From: Bacillota bacterium
GTDB lineage: Bacteria; Bacillota; DTU025
DNA: 64,000 nucleotides
Direction of reading: 5' to 3'
NCBI GenBank assembly: GCA_050951805.1
Contig: JBMNJT010000003.1
Location: 1 to 64,000, forward strand
The notes beneath the pieces are model-generated. The model had not been told where the DNA came from. It did not search any database and saw only the letters and a program-made list of their open reading frames with translations. Shown here one piece after another: positions 39,610 through 48,799 of the stretch. Position numbers and translations under genes: made by a program. Every line of letters begins with the position of its first letter. Positions within the stretch are counted from its first letter, which is position 1.

Positions 39610-40023
39610 TTGAGGAACGGTTTGTGGGTCATTTTGGGTGTTGCGGTTTTTGTGGGAGTGTTCCGGTATCTGTACCACCCAAATGAGATTCCCCTGGAAT
39701 ACATTGGCTTCATTGACACCGATGACGATGACGATATGGATTATTGAGATATGTATAGAGCTGAAGGAATGCCTTATGGAGTCTTCAAGGGGATGGAGGC
39801 TTCCCAATTGCCAAATGTTGATTCTGACAAGAACTACCTGGTTGTATCGAGGCCAAGGGAAATCGACAGAATGATCTATTTTGGGATGAGCCGCTTTCAA
39901 TGGCCCTATCATGAAGCATACCAGGCAGAGATAAGTTTCAAAGACGAGATCATACCTGGAAGGTTGCATATGTACAGAAGTCCTCGAATTCTTTGCCCGT
40001 TTGTAGAACACGGAGTGAACTGA
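39610..40023 (+). pseudogene. Membrane-anchored hypothetical protein remnant with in-frame TGA at 39745
   Basis: GLWVILGVAVFVGVFRYLYHPNEIPLEYIG..DY*DMYRAEG reads through in one frame into ORF 39751-40023. Confidence 0.45.
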
Positions 40024-40288
40024 AGAGCAGCACCCGCACAATGCTGGATTTGGCCTACGAATAGGATTCTCATGGAAACGTTGCGAAACAGCCTGCAAAT
40101 AGTGTTTGAAGACCATTAGGCGGCCAACGTCTCACTCATGGCTATCGCCGTCGGGGCCGGCCAAGTTCATAATGACTTGCTCGGGCCGTCTTGTCTAGTT
40201 GGGACACGCGAAACAGGGGCTGTGCGTGGCCGCCAACCACATAGTAGGATAGCGCGTATGGGCCGCCGCCCACGGGGGATGCCCTCTG

Positions 40289-41311
40289 TTACCATCTGTT
40301 CTTGACTTCCTCCGCAAACCCAAGGAAGTCCTTGAGCTCGATGACGGTGCCATCGTCCAGCACCGCTCTTCCCGTGAACCTGCCAAAGACTTGATGTTGA
40401 TTCGAGCGGAAGAATAACGCGTTGATGTCTGCATTCCGATCGATGATGGGGTAGAAATCCATTTCGAATCGCCGGTCATTGCTCGTGAACTTCCAAGGCT
40501 CAAGATAATCGTTGGGTGGGATGTGAAATGTGATCTGGTCCAGCTTGTGAGCCTTGTTGTTGTAGAATAGCATGTTCTCGGACGCGCAAGATGTGTCTCC
40601 GAATCCATAGCCTATGTTGAAACCGAACGGCGTCCCATCTACAAGCCCCGAGGCTGAGCCCCAGTACCACGTATTCGAGTACGTCCATACTCCCCTTCCC
40701 CAATCCAAGACAGCGAAGGATCTCGCCGGATCGAAGGCCCTCTTTTCGCTGCCGAGCATGAGGATCCCTTCGGCAGGCATGCAATTTATCTTCTGATTAT
40801 AGTAAAAAGCATGAGGGTTGCCGGCAAATGGCGTGGCTATTACCATCGTGTCCATGGGCTTTGGCTGAGTCATGCGAATCGTTCCCTGAAGCGGTTTGCC
40901 ATCGGCGAAGTTGGCGAAGAACACGTTGATCAGCCTTTGGCGACCGTCTTTAATGAACTCAAGGTTAAGATTCTTGTGTTCGAAAGATACATTGCCCTCA
41001 TTGGACGTTGTGGGCATGTTGAGCTTGCCCATGGGAAAACCGGTGATCACAGTCTGCGTGATCTCACCCGGCTCGGTAAGGTCGAGAAAGGTCACAGAAC
41101 CCATGCCTGCATAGCCTAAATCCGCAATTGTGAATGCCGCCCCATACTCCTCCGTCAGGATGCAGTAGTAATCCCATTCCTTGATCTTCAGCTTCGAGGC
41201 TCGTATTCGCTCGCGGTTGTAACGTAGCAAGAGATCCTTCGCCCAACCCCTTTGGATCAAGACCCCATTGGAGTCCAACAAGTCGGAACTTTTCGTAATC
41301 TCTATCTGCAC
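40289..41311 (-). CDS. DUF2804-like protein
   Basis: KIKEWDYY, TIADLGY, FYYNQKINCMPAEG, LDWGRGVW..W.W, ASEN, QHQVFGRFTG, GFAEEVKNRW; aaggggg RBS and GTG at 41311. Confidence 0.85.
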   Translation of the reverse strand: MQIEITKSSDLLDSNGVLIQRGWAKDLLLRYNRERIRASKLKIKEWDYYCILTEEYGAAFTIADLGYAGMGSVTFLDLTEPGEITQTVITGFPMGKLNMPTTSNEGNVSFEHKNLNLEFIKDGRQRLINVFFANFADGKPLQGTIRMTQPKPMDTMVIATPFAGNPHAFYYNQKINCMPAEGILMLGSEKRAFDPARSFAVLDWGRGVWTYSNTWYWGSASGLVDGTPFGFNIGYGFGDTSCASENMLFYNNKAHKLDQITFHIPPNDYLEPWKFTSNDRRFEMDFYPIIDRNADINALFFRSNQHQVFGRFTGRAVLDDGTVIELKDFLGFAEEVKNRW

Positions 41312-41560
41312 CTCGGCGCCCCCTTTCTGTATCTTGCCACTGCTTTCGACTGGGATGACCCAATTCTTACAGAGGTGGTTCAATTCCCCCCCCCCATTTT
41401 CCCATGAAACCATTCGACATCATTGCCTGCGTTCTCCTGCCTAAGCGAGGTCAAGGCACAGAAATTTATCATGCGTTGTACCGGCCCACGCTCAGCTTGC
41501 ACCATGGGTGGGCTTGCCGGATCCCTACTTTAGCGGCATGTGCGGATGGAAGGACTTCAC

Positions 41561-41589
41561 TTGCTTCCAAGGCTCAACTCGGGTATAGT
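41561..41589 (+). promoter_or_regulatory. Putative sigma70/sigmaA promoter for the B12 operon
   Basis: TTGCTT-17 bp-TATAGT about 20 nt upstream of the riboswitch. Confidence 0.5.
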
Positions 41590-41611
41590 TTTTGTTGACA
41601 ACTGAATCGAC

Positions 41612-41780
41612 TTCAACCAGGTGCCTATAGAGGGATAATAGGGAATCAGGTGCAAGTCCTGAACGGTCCCGCCACTGTAACCGGTGAGCGCGCGACATGA
41701 GCCACTGTCACGAGATGAGATGGGAAGGCTGTCGCCAACACGCTGTGACCCGGAAGTCAGGAGACCTGCCTGGGTTGGAA
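41612..41780 (+). ncRNA. Cobalamin riboswitch 1
   Basis: aggtgcc..aatagggaatcaggtgcaagtcctgaacggtcccgccactgtaa..gccactg..gggaagg..agtcaggagacctgcc (B12 box). Confidence 0.95.
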
Positions 41781-41846
41781 GTACCGTGAGCCTTCGGCGC
41801 AAGGGCGGGTACTGCATGTGACAATCCAGTCATGTAAGTGGTTTTA

Positions 41847-41878
41847 GCCCGGCCTTTATCGAAAGGTCGGGTTTTTTG
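41847..41878 (+). terminator. Intrinsic terminator of the riboswitch expression platform
   Basis: gcccggccttt-atcg-aaaggtcgggt followed by a T tract. Confidence 0.8.
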
Positions 41879-41916
41879 ATACGACCTGGTGGGCACTTGC
41901 GGCATGATGAGGGGAT

Positions 41917-44154
41917 GTGAGGCAGTTGGGCACGAGTGTCAGTGCCAATGCCATTGGATTTGCATACGGTTTAGCCCCGGTCTTTTCCGACGTATCCTTC
42001 CGATTGGATCCGGGGCGCTTTCTGGGAGTAGTCGGCCCCAACGGCGCAGGCAAGACTACGCTGCTCAAATGTTTGGCCGGCCTTTTGAAGCCATCGGTCG
42101 GTGAAATCCTGCTCGGGGGCGGCTGCCTCTCGTGCTTACAGAGGGAAGAGATAGCGAAGATCGTTGCGGTGGTTCCCCAGGATACACGGGTCGGATTCGA
42201 CTTTTCGGTGGAGGAGTTCGTGATGATGGGGCGGATCCCTCACCTCAAGAGGTTCTCGCGGGAAACGCGCAAAGATCGGGAGGCGGTGCGCTGGGCGATT
42301 GAATCGACCGGCATGGCCCCTTTTGCTCAAAGACTTGTCACATCACTGAGCGGTGGAGAGAGGCAGCGTGCCGCCATCGCTCGGGCGCTCGCTCAGGAGC
42401 CTAAAGTCCTCCTTCTAGATGAGCCCACATCCCACCTGGACATAAGGCGACAAGTGGAGATCTTGGACCTGGTCAAGATCATGAGCCTCGAACGCGACAT
42501 TACCGTGGTCGGGGTATTTCATGACCTGAGCCTTGCATCCATGTACTGTGATGAGATTCTGATGATGACAGAAGGCGAAGCCCGCTATTCTGGCACGCCT
42601 GAGGAGGTTTTGACGCAGGAAAACGTGGGGAGTCTGTATGGAGATAGAGTTGTGGTGACTGATCACCCTGTGCACTCTACTCCGCTCGTAGCGCCGCGCT
42701 CCTGTGCCCTGCTGAACAAGGACAACGAGCCTGGCAACGTAACTGGCATCGAGAACAAGCCTTGCGAGGCGGGCGAACTCGGCAAATCAGACCGGCCGGA
42801 CAAGTCTGGACGGCTCACCCTCATTACAGGGGGCGCAAGGAGCGGGAAGAGCTCATTTGCCGAGCGCATGGCTGCTGAGGCTGGGACTAAGGTCATGTAT
42901 GTAGCGACATGCGAGCCCATGGACGAAGAGATGCGTGCTCGGGTGAGCCGGCATCGTGAGCGAAGGCCGAAGTGGTGGATTACGGTGGAGGAGCCTGTTG
43001 ATGTTGCTGCGACAATCGCGAACGAGGCGAGTAACTACGATGCGGTGCTAGTCGATTGCCTCGGCCTTTTTGTCAGCAACCACCTGTTTGCGCAGGACGA
43101 AGAGGCTGATGATCAATCCAAGACAGAGGCCGTGCTGGCCGAGGTTGCAAGATTTGCCGAGGCGGCACGCGATGCCGGTTCCCACGTCATTGTCGTTACC
43201 AACGAGGTTGGGATGGGCGTTGTGCCTGCATATCCCCTCGGGCGTCTCTTCAGGGATGTGCTCGGATGGGCCAACCAAATCGTGGCTGAAGAGGCAGACG
43301 AGGTCTATCTGTGCGTGGCGGGGGAGCCTGTCAGGATAAAACCTCGGGGTGAAGCAGGAGTTGGTGAACGATTGCGGGCAGTCAACCGATCCGAGTCTCC
43401 AAGGCCTCGCCTTGAAAGAATAAGGGACCTCCTCATATACAACATGCCCGATGGGGCGGCGCTTGTCGTGTCGTGTGACTCGGCAGGTGCCATCGGCCCC
43501 AAAGGGCGCGATGTGATTGCAACGTCAGGCTACGTACTGGGCAGGTACATCACTCGCGTTGCTCTCATGGAACTTATCGCATGCGGCGCACAACCTATCC
43601 TGGTGGTGGACGCGCTCTGCGTCGAGCGTGACCCCACAGGCGATGAGATCATAAAGGGCGTGCGGGACGAGGCGGCCCTTGCGGGGCTCGATCCTGAAAT
43701 GGCTGTGACGGGGAGTACCGAAGAGAACATCGCTACCTCTCAGACAGGCATCGGCATCGCTGCCATTGGGATTGCGGAAAGGTCAGAACTGAGGCTGGGA
43801 AGGGCCTCGGTTGGCGATGCCCTCGTCTGCATTGGGGTTGCGAAGGTAGGCAACGAAGTGACTTTGGATGACCCGGAAATCGTGGATCTTGGAGCAGTGA
43901 GGGCTCTGGCCAATATCGAGTGGGTTCACGAGATCGTGCCTGTAGGTTCCCGTGGAATTCGCGCCGAGGCGGAGGACTTGGCCGAAACGAACGGCCTCAG
44001 GTTTCGGGTGAAACCAGGCGCCCATCTCGACTTGGACAAGTCGGCCGGACCTGCAACGTGTGTGGTTGCGGCATGCGATGATGCACATTGGCAGGAGCTA
44101 TCAGCCATGATTGGACAGCCGGTATTCATGGTCGGAGAGGTTGAGGCGCCATGA
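41917..44154 (+). CDS. Fusion: BtuD/FepC-type ABC ATPase + CobU cobinamide kinase/guanylyltransferase + CblS-like alpha-ribazole kinase
   Basis: GPNGAGKT, LSGGERQR, LLLDEPT; GGARSGKS, RHRERRP..W.TVEEP, VTNEVGMG..GRLFRD; RDL, SCDSAGAIGPK, GSTEEN..SQTGIG. Confidence 0.9.
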   Translation: MRQLGTSVSANAIGFAYGLAPVFSDVSFRLDPGRFLGVVGPNGAGKTTLLKCLAGLLKPSVGEILLGGGCLSCLQREEIAKIVAVVPQDTRVGFDFSVEEFVMMGRIPHLKRFSRETRKDREAVRWAIESTGMAPFAQRLVTSLSGGERQRAAIARALAQEPKVLLLDEPTSHLDIRRQVEILDLVKIMSLERDITVVGVFHDLSLASMYCDEILMMTEGEARYSGTPEEVLTQENVGSLYGDRVVVTDHPVHSTPLVAPRSCALLNKDNEPGNVTGIENKPCEAGELGKSDRPDKSGRLTLITGGARSGKSSFAERMAAEAGTKVMYVATCEPMDEEMRARVSRHRERRPKWWITVEEPVDVAATIANEASNYDAVLVDCLGLFVSNHLFAQDEEADDQSKTEAVLAEVARFAEAARDAGSHVIVVTNEVGMGVVPAYPLGRLFRDVLGWANQIVAEEADEVYLCVAGEPVRIKPRGEAGVGERLRAVNRSESPRPRLERIRDLLIYNMPDGAALVVSCDSAGAIGPKGRDVIATSGYVLGRYITRVALMELIACGAQPILVVDALCVERDPTGDEIIKGVRDEAALAGLDPEMAVTGSTEENIATSQTGIGIAAIGIAERSELRLGRASVGDALVCIGVAKVGNEVTLDDPEIVDLGAVRALANIEWVHEIVPVGSRGIRAEAEDLAETNGLRFRVKPGAHLDLDKSAGPATCVVAACDDAHWQELSAMIGQPVFMVGEVEAP

Positions 44155-44903
44155 AAAGAGTAATTGATAGGTTCGCGATAGCCATGTCGTTTCTGACCGT
44201 CTTGCCTGTTTACAGAGGGGATGCGCCGTGGGAAGACGAGATTGCCCGCTCCGCAGTCTTCTTCCCCTTGATCGGGCTGGTGATAGGTCTCATCGTAGCT
44301 GCGGTTGACGCACTTGCCCTGCATGCATTCAGTCCGCTGTGTGCTGCGGTTATCGGGATGATGGTGCAGTTTTGGGTTACAGGCGGAATGCACGTGGACG
44401 GGCTCATGGACACTGCCGATGGGATGCTGAGCGGGCGCTCAGCTGACAGGATCCTCGCCATCATGCACGACGGCAGCGTGGGGCCGATGGGGGCGACCGT
44501 TGGAGTGTTCATAATCATCCTCAAAGTTGCATTGGCGGCTTCGATGAGCGGCAGAACCCGCACAGCTGCCCTCATGTGCGCACCTGCCATGGGACGGTTG
44601 AGCATGGTTCTGTCCTTTTGCTTGTTCCCTCCCGCCACGCCTGAGCGTGGAATGGGAAGGCAGTTGGCCCGGAAAGTTGGCCCGGGAGAGTTTGCGATTA
44701 CCCTGTCATGCACTGCCGCACTCTGCTTTATGTTAGCCGGGCCCAGATCGCTTTCGGCCGCAGCCTGCTCCTTAGGTGTAGCGCTATTTGCGGGCTGGAG
44801 AGTATCGAGTTCCATCGGGGGAGTGACCGGGGATGTTTACGGGGCCCTATGCGAAATCGCAGAAGTCGTGTCGCTCGCGGCCTTCGCTTTCACGGCCGCA
44901 TAG
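44151..44903 (+). CDS. cobS: Cobalamin synthase
   Basis: FLTVLP, FPLIG, TGGMHVDGLMDTADG, IMHDGSVG, GGVTGDVYGA. Confidence 0.95.
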   Translation: MKRVIDRFAIAMSFLTVLPVYRGDAPWEDEIARSAVFFPLIGLVIGLIVAAVDALALHAFSPLCAAVIGMMVQFWVTGGMHVDGLMDTADGMLSGRSADRILAIMHDGSVGPMGATVGVFIIILKVALAASMSGRTRTAALMCAPAMGRLSMVLSFCLFPPATPERGMGRQLARKVGPGEFAITLSCTAALCFMLAGPRSLSAAACSLGVALFAGWRVSSSIGGVTGDVYGALCEIAEVVSLAAFAFTAA

Positions 44904-44930
44904 CTAGAGAATTGGAGTGCTGAGCGCGCT

Positions 44931-45596
44931 ATGGTAAAACGTATCTACCTTGTTCGGCACGGAGAGACTGCTGCAACCTCTGGGCGAAGGTTCGAAGGCT
45001 CGGGCCCAATAAGCGGGCTCGGGACTCCTCTTTCGGAGAAGGGCGCGATCCAGGCTGAGATGGCGGCTGATGCCCTGGCGGGCGAGGACGTTTTTGGGGT
45101 GTATGCGAGCCCTCTCTTGAGAACGGTACAGACCGCAATCCCAATATCCCAGGCCACAGGGGTTGCGATTGAGCTTGAACCGGATCTTGCGGAAGGCTCT
45201 TTCGGGGCCTGGGAAGGGATGACCTTCGATGAGATAGAGCACCGGTATCCTTTGGAAGTAAAGCGGTGGTTTGCAGATCCATTGGGGTACGCGCCCCCCG
45301 GGGGCGAGTCCGTTCGGCAGCTTGCTGCGAGAGTCATCCCTTGCATAGAGCGGATTGCCGGCAAGTTCCAGGGCGAAGAGGGCACGGCAGTAGTTGTGAC
45401 ACATGGGGGCCCCATCAGGGCAGTCCTTTCGTCTTGTTTGTGTGGAAACCTTGAGATGTTCGGGTCGATCCCAGTGGACCCCGGATCCATCAGCACCTTG
45501 CGGTGTGTCGGGCCGGGGGCTGCCGGAATCGAGGTTGAATCGATGAATGTGACATCGTTTTCGGAGAGAGGCAGAGCGGCCCGTTTTAGAGGATAG
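44931..45596 (+). CDS. cobC: Histidine phosphatase, alpha-ribazole/adenosylcobalamin phosphatase
   Basis: LVRHGET, SPLLR, FGAWEG, PGGES, VTHGGPIR; cob context. Confidence 0.85.
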   Translation: MVKRIYLVRHGETAATSGRRFEGSGPISGLGTPLSEKGAIQAEMAADALAGEDVFGVYASPLLRTVQTAIPISQATGVAIELEPDLAEGSFGAWEGMTFDEIEHRYPLEVKRWFADPLGYAPPGGESVRQLAARVIPCIERIAGKFQGEEGTAVVVTHGGPIRAVLSSCLCGNLEMFGSIPVDPGSISTLRCVGPGAAGIEVESMNVTSFSERGRAARFRG

Positions 45597-45623
45597 GCTC
45601 AAGTGCGGGCCAAAACAGAATAT

Positions 45624-45797
45624 CGGTGCAAACAGGCGCCCCGCAAGCCGGGGAGAATAGGGAATCAGGTGTGAGACCTGAGCGGCCCCGCCACTGTAAC
45701 CGCGAGCGTGCAGCATGGCCACTGTCGCTGGGAGCGATGGGAAGGCGCTGGATTTGACGCTATGACCGGAAGCCAGGAGACCTGCCTGTTTGCCGCG
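45624..45797 (+). ncRNA. Cobalamin riboswitch 2
   Basis: aatagggaatcaggtgtgagacctgagcggccccgccactgtaa..gccactg..gggaagg..agccaggagacctgcc. Confidence 0.95.
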
Positions 45798-45922
45798 CCT
45801 GAACCTTCGGCGGAAAGGGGGCGGTGCATGGGCAGGCCGTTTCGTCTGTCATACACATGTGTTGCTGTCCGGCTTTCAAGAGGAGTCCGGACGTCCATAT
45901 TTCTACAGAATGGGGGATTCAC

Positions 45923-46852
45923 ATGTTCAAAAAAGATTGGATCAGATCCCTATCGGCAATCGTGCTGGCTGTGTTATTGACGTTGGTTCCCGGGGCAATA
46001 GGGGCGCACGCCGCCGACATGTACCCATTGTCCATCACCGATGACCTGGGCCGAAAGGTTGAGATAACGAGCAAGCCTCGACGGTTTGTTTCTCTCGCCC
46101 CTAGTTGGACTGAGATCCTTTTTGAGCTCGGCCTTGGCGACCAGGTAGTGGGGGTGACCCAATTCTGCGACTACCCAGCAGAAGCGGCCAAGAAGACCAA
46201 GGTAGGAGGGTTTTCGGACCCGAACATCGAGCTGATCGTCTCGCTTCAGGCTGACGTGGTTTTTGGAACCACGATGCACATGAAAGTGGCACCTGAGTTC
46301 GAAAAGCGCGGAATCAAGTTCGTATGCCAGAATGCTCAGACGGTGCGCGGCGTAATGGACAATATCATGATGGCAGCCAAGATAGCGGGTGTTCCTGATC
46401 GAGCTGACAAGGTGAACGGAAATATCGAAAAGACAATGGCCCAGGTGACAAAAGCGGTGGCCAAGATCCCTGTCAAAGAACGTCTCAGCGTGCTGTATCT
46501 CGTATGGGACGAGCCGGTGATGAGTGTCGGTCCCAACACTCTCATCTCCGACATGATCACATGTGCGGGAGGAGTGAGCATTACTCGCGACGCGTCCTCC
46601 GACTACCCTTCATACAGCCTTGAAACCATAGTGGCCAAGAATCCAGACGTGATACTCGCACCCCACGTGCATAGTGGCGGTGGACTGGATCCTGCGACAC
46701 TGAAATCGAAGGCGGGATGGCAGACGATCGATGCAGTGCGCAAGGGGAATGTATTCCTGGTCGACGATAACCTCGTGTCGAGGCCGGGCCCGCGCGTTGG
46801 CGAAGGCGTTATGGAGTTTGCGAGGGCTCTCTATCCTGAGCTGTTTCGGTAA
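45923..46852 (+). CDS. btuF: Cobalamin ABC transporter substrate-binding protein
   Basis: Signal peptide; ITDDLGR, VSLAPSWTEILF, VGVTQFCDYP, SRPGPR; downstream of a B12 riboswitch. Confidence 0.9.
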   Translation: MFKKDWIRSLSAIVLAVLLTLVPGAIGAHAADMYPLSITDDLGRKVEITSKPRRFVSLAPSWTEILFELGLGDQVVGVTQFCDYPAEAAKKTKVGGFSDPNIELIVSLQADVVFGTTMHMKVAPEFEKRGIKFVCQNAQTVRGVMDNIMMAAKIAGVPDRADKVNGNIEKTMAQVTKAVAKIPVKERLSVLYLVWDEPVMSVGPNTLISDMITCAGGVSITRDASSDYPSYSLETIVAKNPDVILAPHVHSGGGLDPATLKSKAGWQTIDAVRKGNVFLVDDNLVSRPGPRVGEGVMEFARALYPELFR

Positions 46853-46908
46853 GGAGCTGGCCTGGCAGCCCGGCAGATGGCGAGTATAGGAAATGCAGGT
46901 GAGGGCGG

Positions 46909-47949
46909 GTGCGGGATAGGTTGGGCAAAGGACTTATGCCGATTCTGATTGTGTCTTTGGTAGTAGTGTCTGTCTTGTCATTGAGAATAGGGGCAGTCGA
47001 GCTTTCCGGGAAGGAGATACTTGCTGTGATATGGGACTGGATTGTCTCGACGGCAACTGGTGACCGAAAAGGAGACTCTACTCCCACCGAAGAGATCGTT
47101 CTTAGGATCCGAATGCCCAGGATCGTCCTGGCGGCGCTTGTGGGAGCATCCCTTGCGCTGTCTGGCACTGTGTATCAGGCGCTCTTTCGGAATCCGATGG
47201 CAGATCCATACGTGATCGGGGCGTCAGCCGGCGCATCCTTAGGGGCGACAATAGCCATGATGCTCCCGATCAGCGTCCAAACGCTCCATCTGGGAGTTGT
47301 TCCGCTATTCGCCTTCATCGGCTCTATAGTCAGCGTTGCTACGGTGTTCAACCTTGCACGAGTGGGCGAGAGGACTCCAATGGTCAACTTGATTCTCGCG
47401 GGCGTTGCTGTTGGATCTATTCTCTCGTCCCTCGTGTCGCTTCTTATGTATCTCATGCCCCAGGACGGCCTTCATGGCTTGATGTTCTGGCTCATGGGGG
47501 GCTTTTCGGGGCGAAACTGGACACACGTTCTCGTGATGCTTCCCCATCTGGTTCTCGGTCTGACAGTGATCATCTACTACTGGAGAGAGCTAAATGCGAT
47601 TCTTTTGGGTGAGGAGGAGGCACTGAGCCTCGGAGTCGACGTCGGCAAAGTCACAAGAAGGCTCATAGCCGCTGCCTCTCTGCTAACCGCTGCTTCAGTG
47701 GCCTCCAGCGGGATCATAGGGTTCGTGGGCTTGGTCGTTCCACACTTGGTGAGAATAGTGATCGGCCCTGACCATAAGAAATTGATTCCAAACGCATGTC
47801 TGCTCGGCGCAGTATTCATGTTGGCTGCAGACACCGTTGCACGATCTATCATTCCTCCGAGGGAGCTGCCGGTGGGAATCGTCACATCGCTTGCGGGGGG
47901 GCCGTTCTTTATCTATTTGTTGAGGAAATACAAGGTGAAGGAGTGGTGA
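46909..47949 (+). CDS. btuC: Cobalamin ABC transporter permease (FecCD family)
   Basis: IRMPRI, LFRNPMADPYVIG, GIIGFVGLVVPH, ELPVGIVT. Confidence 0.92.
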   Translation: MRDRLGKGLMPILIVSLVVVSVLSLRIGAVELSGKEILAVIWDWIVSTATGDRKGDSTPTEEIVLRIRMPRIVLAALVGASLALSGTVYQALFRNPMADPYVIGASAGASLGATIAMMLPISVQTLHLGVVPLFAFIGSIVSVATVFNLARVGERTPMVNLILAGVAVGSILSSLVSLLMYLMPQDGLHGLMFWLMGGFSGRNWTHVLVMLPHLVLGLTVIIYYWRELNAILLGEEEALSLGVDVGKVTRRLIAAASLLTAASVASSGIIGFVGLVVPHLVRIVIGPDHKKLIPNACLLGAVFMLAADTVARSIIPPRELPVGIVTSLAGGPFFIYLLRKYKVKEW

Positions 47950-47955
47950 TCAGAT

Positions 47956-48798
47956 TTGCCTGCGGCCACAATCATGATTCAGGGCACTACATCCTCTGCG
48001 GGAAAGAGCGTGCTTTGCGCCGGGCTTTGCCGCCTCTTTCATCAGGAGGGCTTCAGAGTTGCTCCTTTCAAATCGCAGAACATGTCCACAGAGTCCGCGA
48101 TTACGGCTGACGGCGGCGAAATCAGCGTTTCCCAGGCTTTTCAGGCGCTTGCTTGTGGAATCCAACCGTCAGCAGACATGAATCCAGTACTGCTCAAACC
48201 CCTCGGCGACATGACCAGCGAGGCAATACTTGCTGGCAAGAGCGTTGGCGTGATCCACGCGGCGGAATACCGGTACAGGCACTTAGGTGCCGCTCTCGGG
48301 TGCATTGAGCGGTCGTACCGTCGACTCGCAGCTGAATACGACATTGTAGTGATAGAGGGCGCCGGGAGCCCCGCCGAGGTCAACCTGAAGGACAGGGATA
48401 TTTGCAACATGAGGATCGCCCGGATGGCCGACGCTCCGGTTTTACTGGTGGCGAATATCGATCCAGGCGGGGCGCTGGCCGCCATCGTGGGCACCCTCGA
48501 GCTGCTCGATGCGGATGAGCGGGACAGAGTAAAGGGGCTTGTGATAAACAAGTTCAGGGGAGACTTCTCCCTTCTTGCGCCAGGGCTCGACTTCCTCGAA
48601 AAGAAGACAGGAAAACCGGTTTTGGGCGTGATTCCCTACATCGATAACCTTGCCATTGCGGAAGAGGACTCGCTTGGCGGAAAAAGAGGAATCTCTTTGG
48701 GGGCTATCTCGACGCTCGATGCGGAATGCGACAGGATTGCGGCGGCTGTGCGGAAAGCCATCGATATCGATGAGCTGTTCGGGATTATGGGGCTGTAG
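47956..48798 (+). CDS. cobQ: Cobyric acid synthase, synthetase domain only (280 aa)
   Basis: IMIQGTTSSAGKS, PFKSQNMS, MNPVLLKP, IEGAGSPAEVNL, INKFRGD, EEDSL then directly the terminal helix. Confidence 0.88.
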   Translation: MPAATIMIQGTTSSAGKSVLCAGLCRLFHQEGFRVAPFKSQNMSTESAITADGGEISVSQAFQALACGIQPSADMNPVLLKPLGDMTSEAILAGKSVGVIHAAEYRYRHLGAALGCIERSYRRLAAEYDIVVIEGAGSPAEVNLKDRDICNMRIARMADAPVLLVANIDPGGALAAIVGTLELLDADERDRVKGLVINKFRGDFSLLAPGLDFLEKKTGKPVLGVIPYIDNLAIAEEDSLGGKRGISLGAISTLDAECDRIAAAVRKAIDIDELFGIMGL

Positions 48799-48799
48799 G

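Noticed and set aside
1-40023. Frameshifts as general sequencing error
   Set aside because: The long genes at 16-27 kb and 40-64 kb are unbroken; indels are confined to orphans and IS remnants, consistent with real decay, although single sites still need read checks
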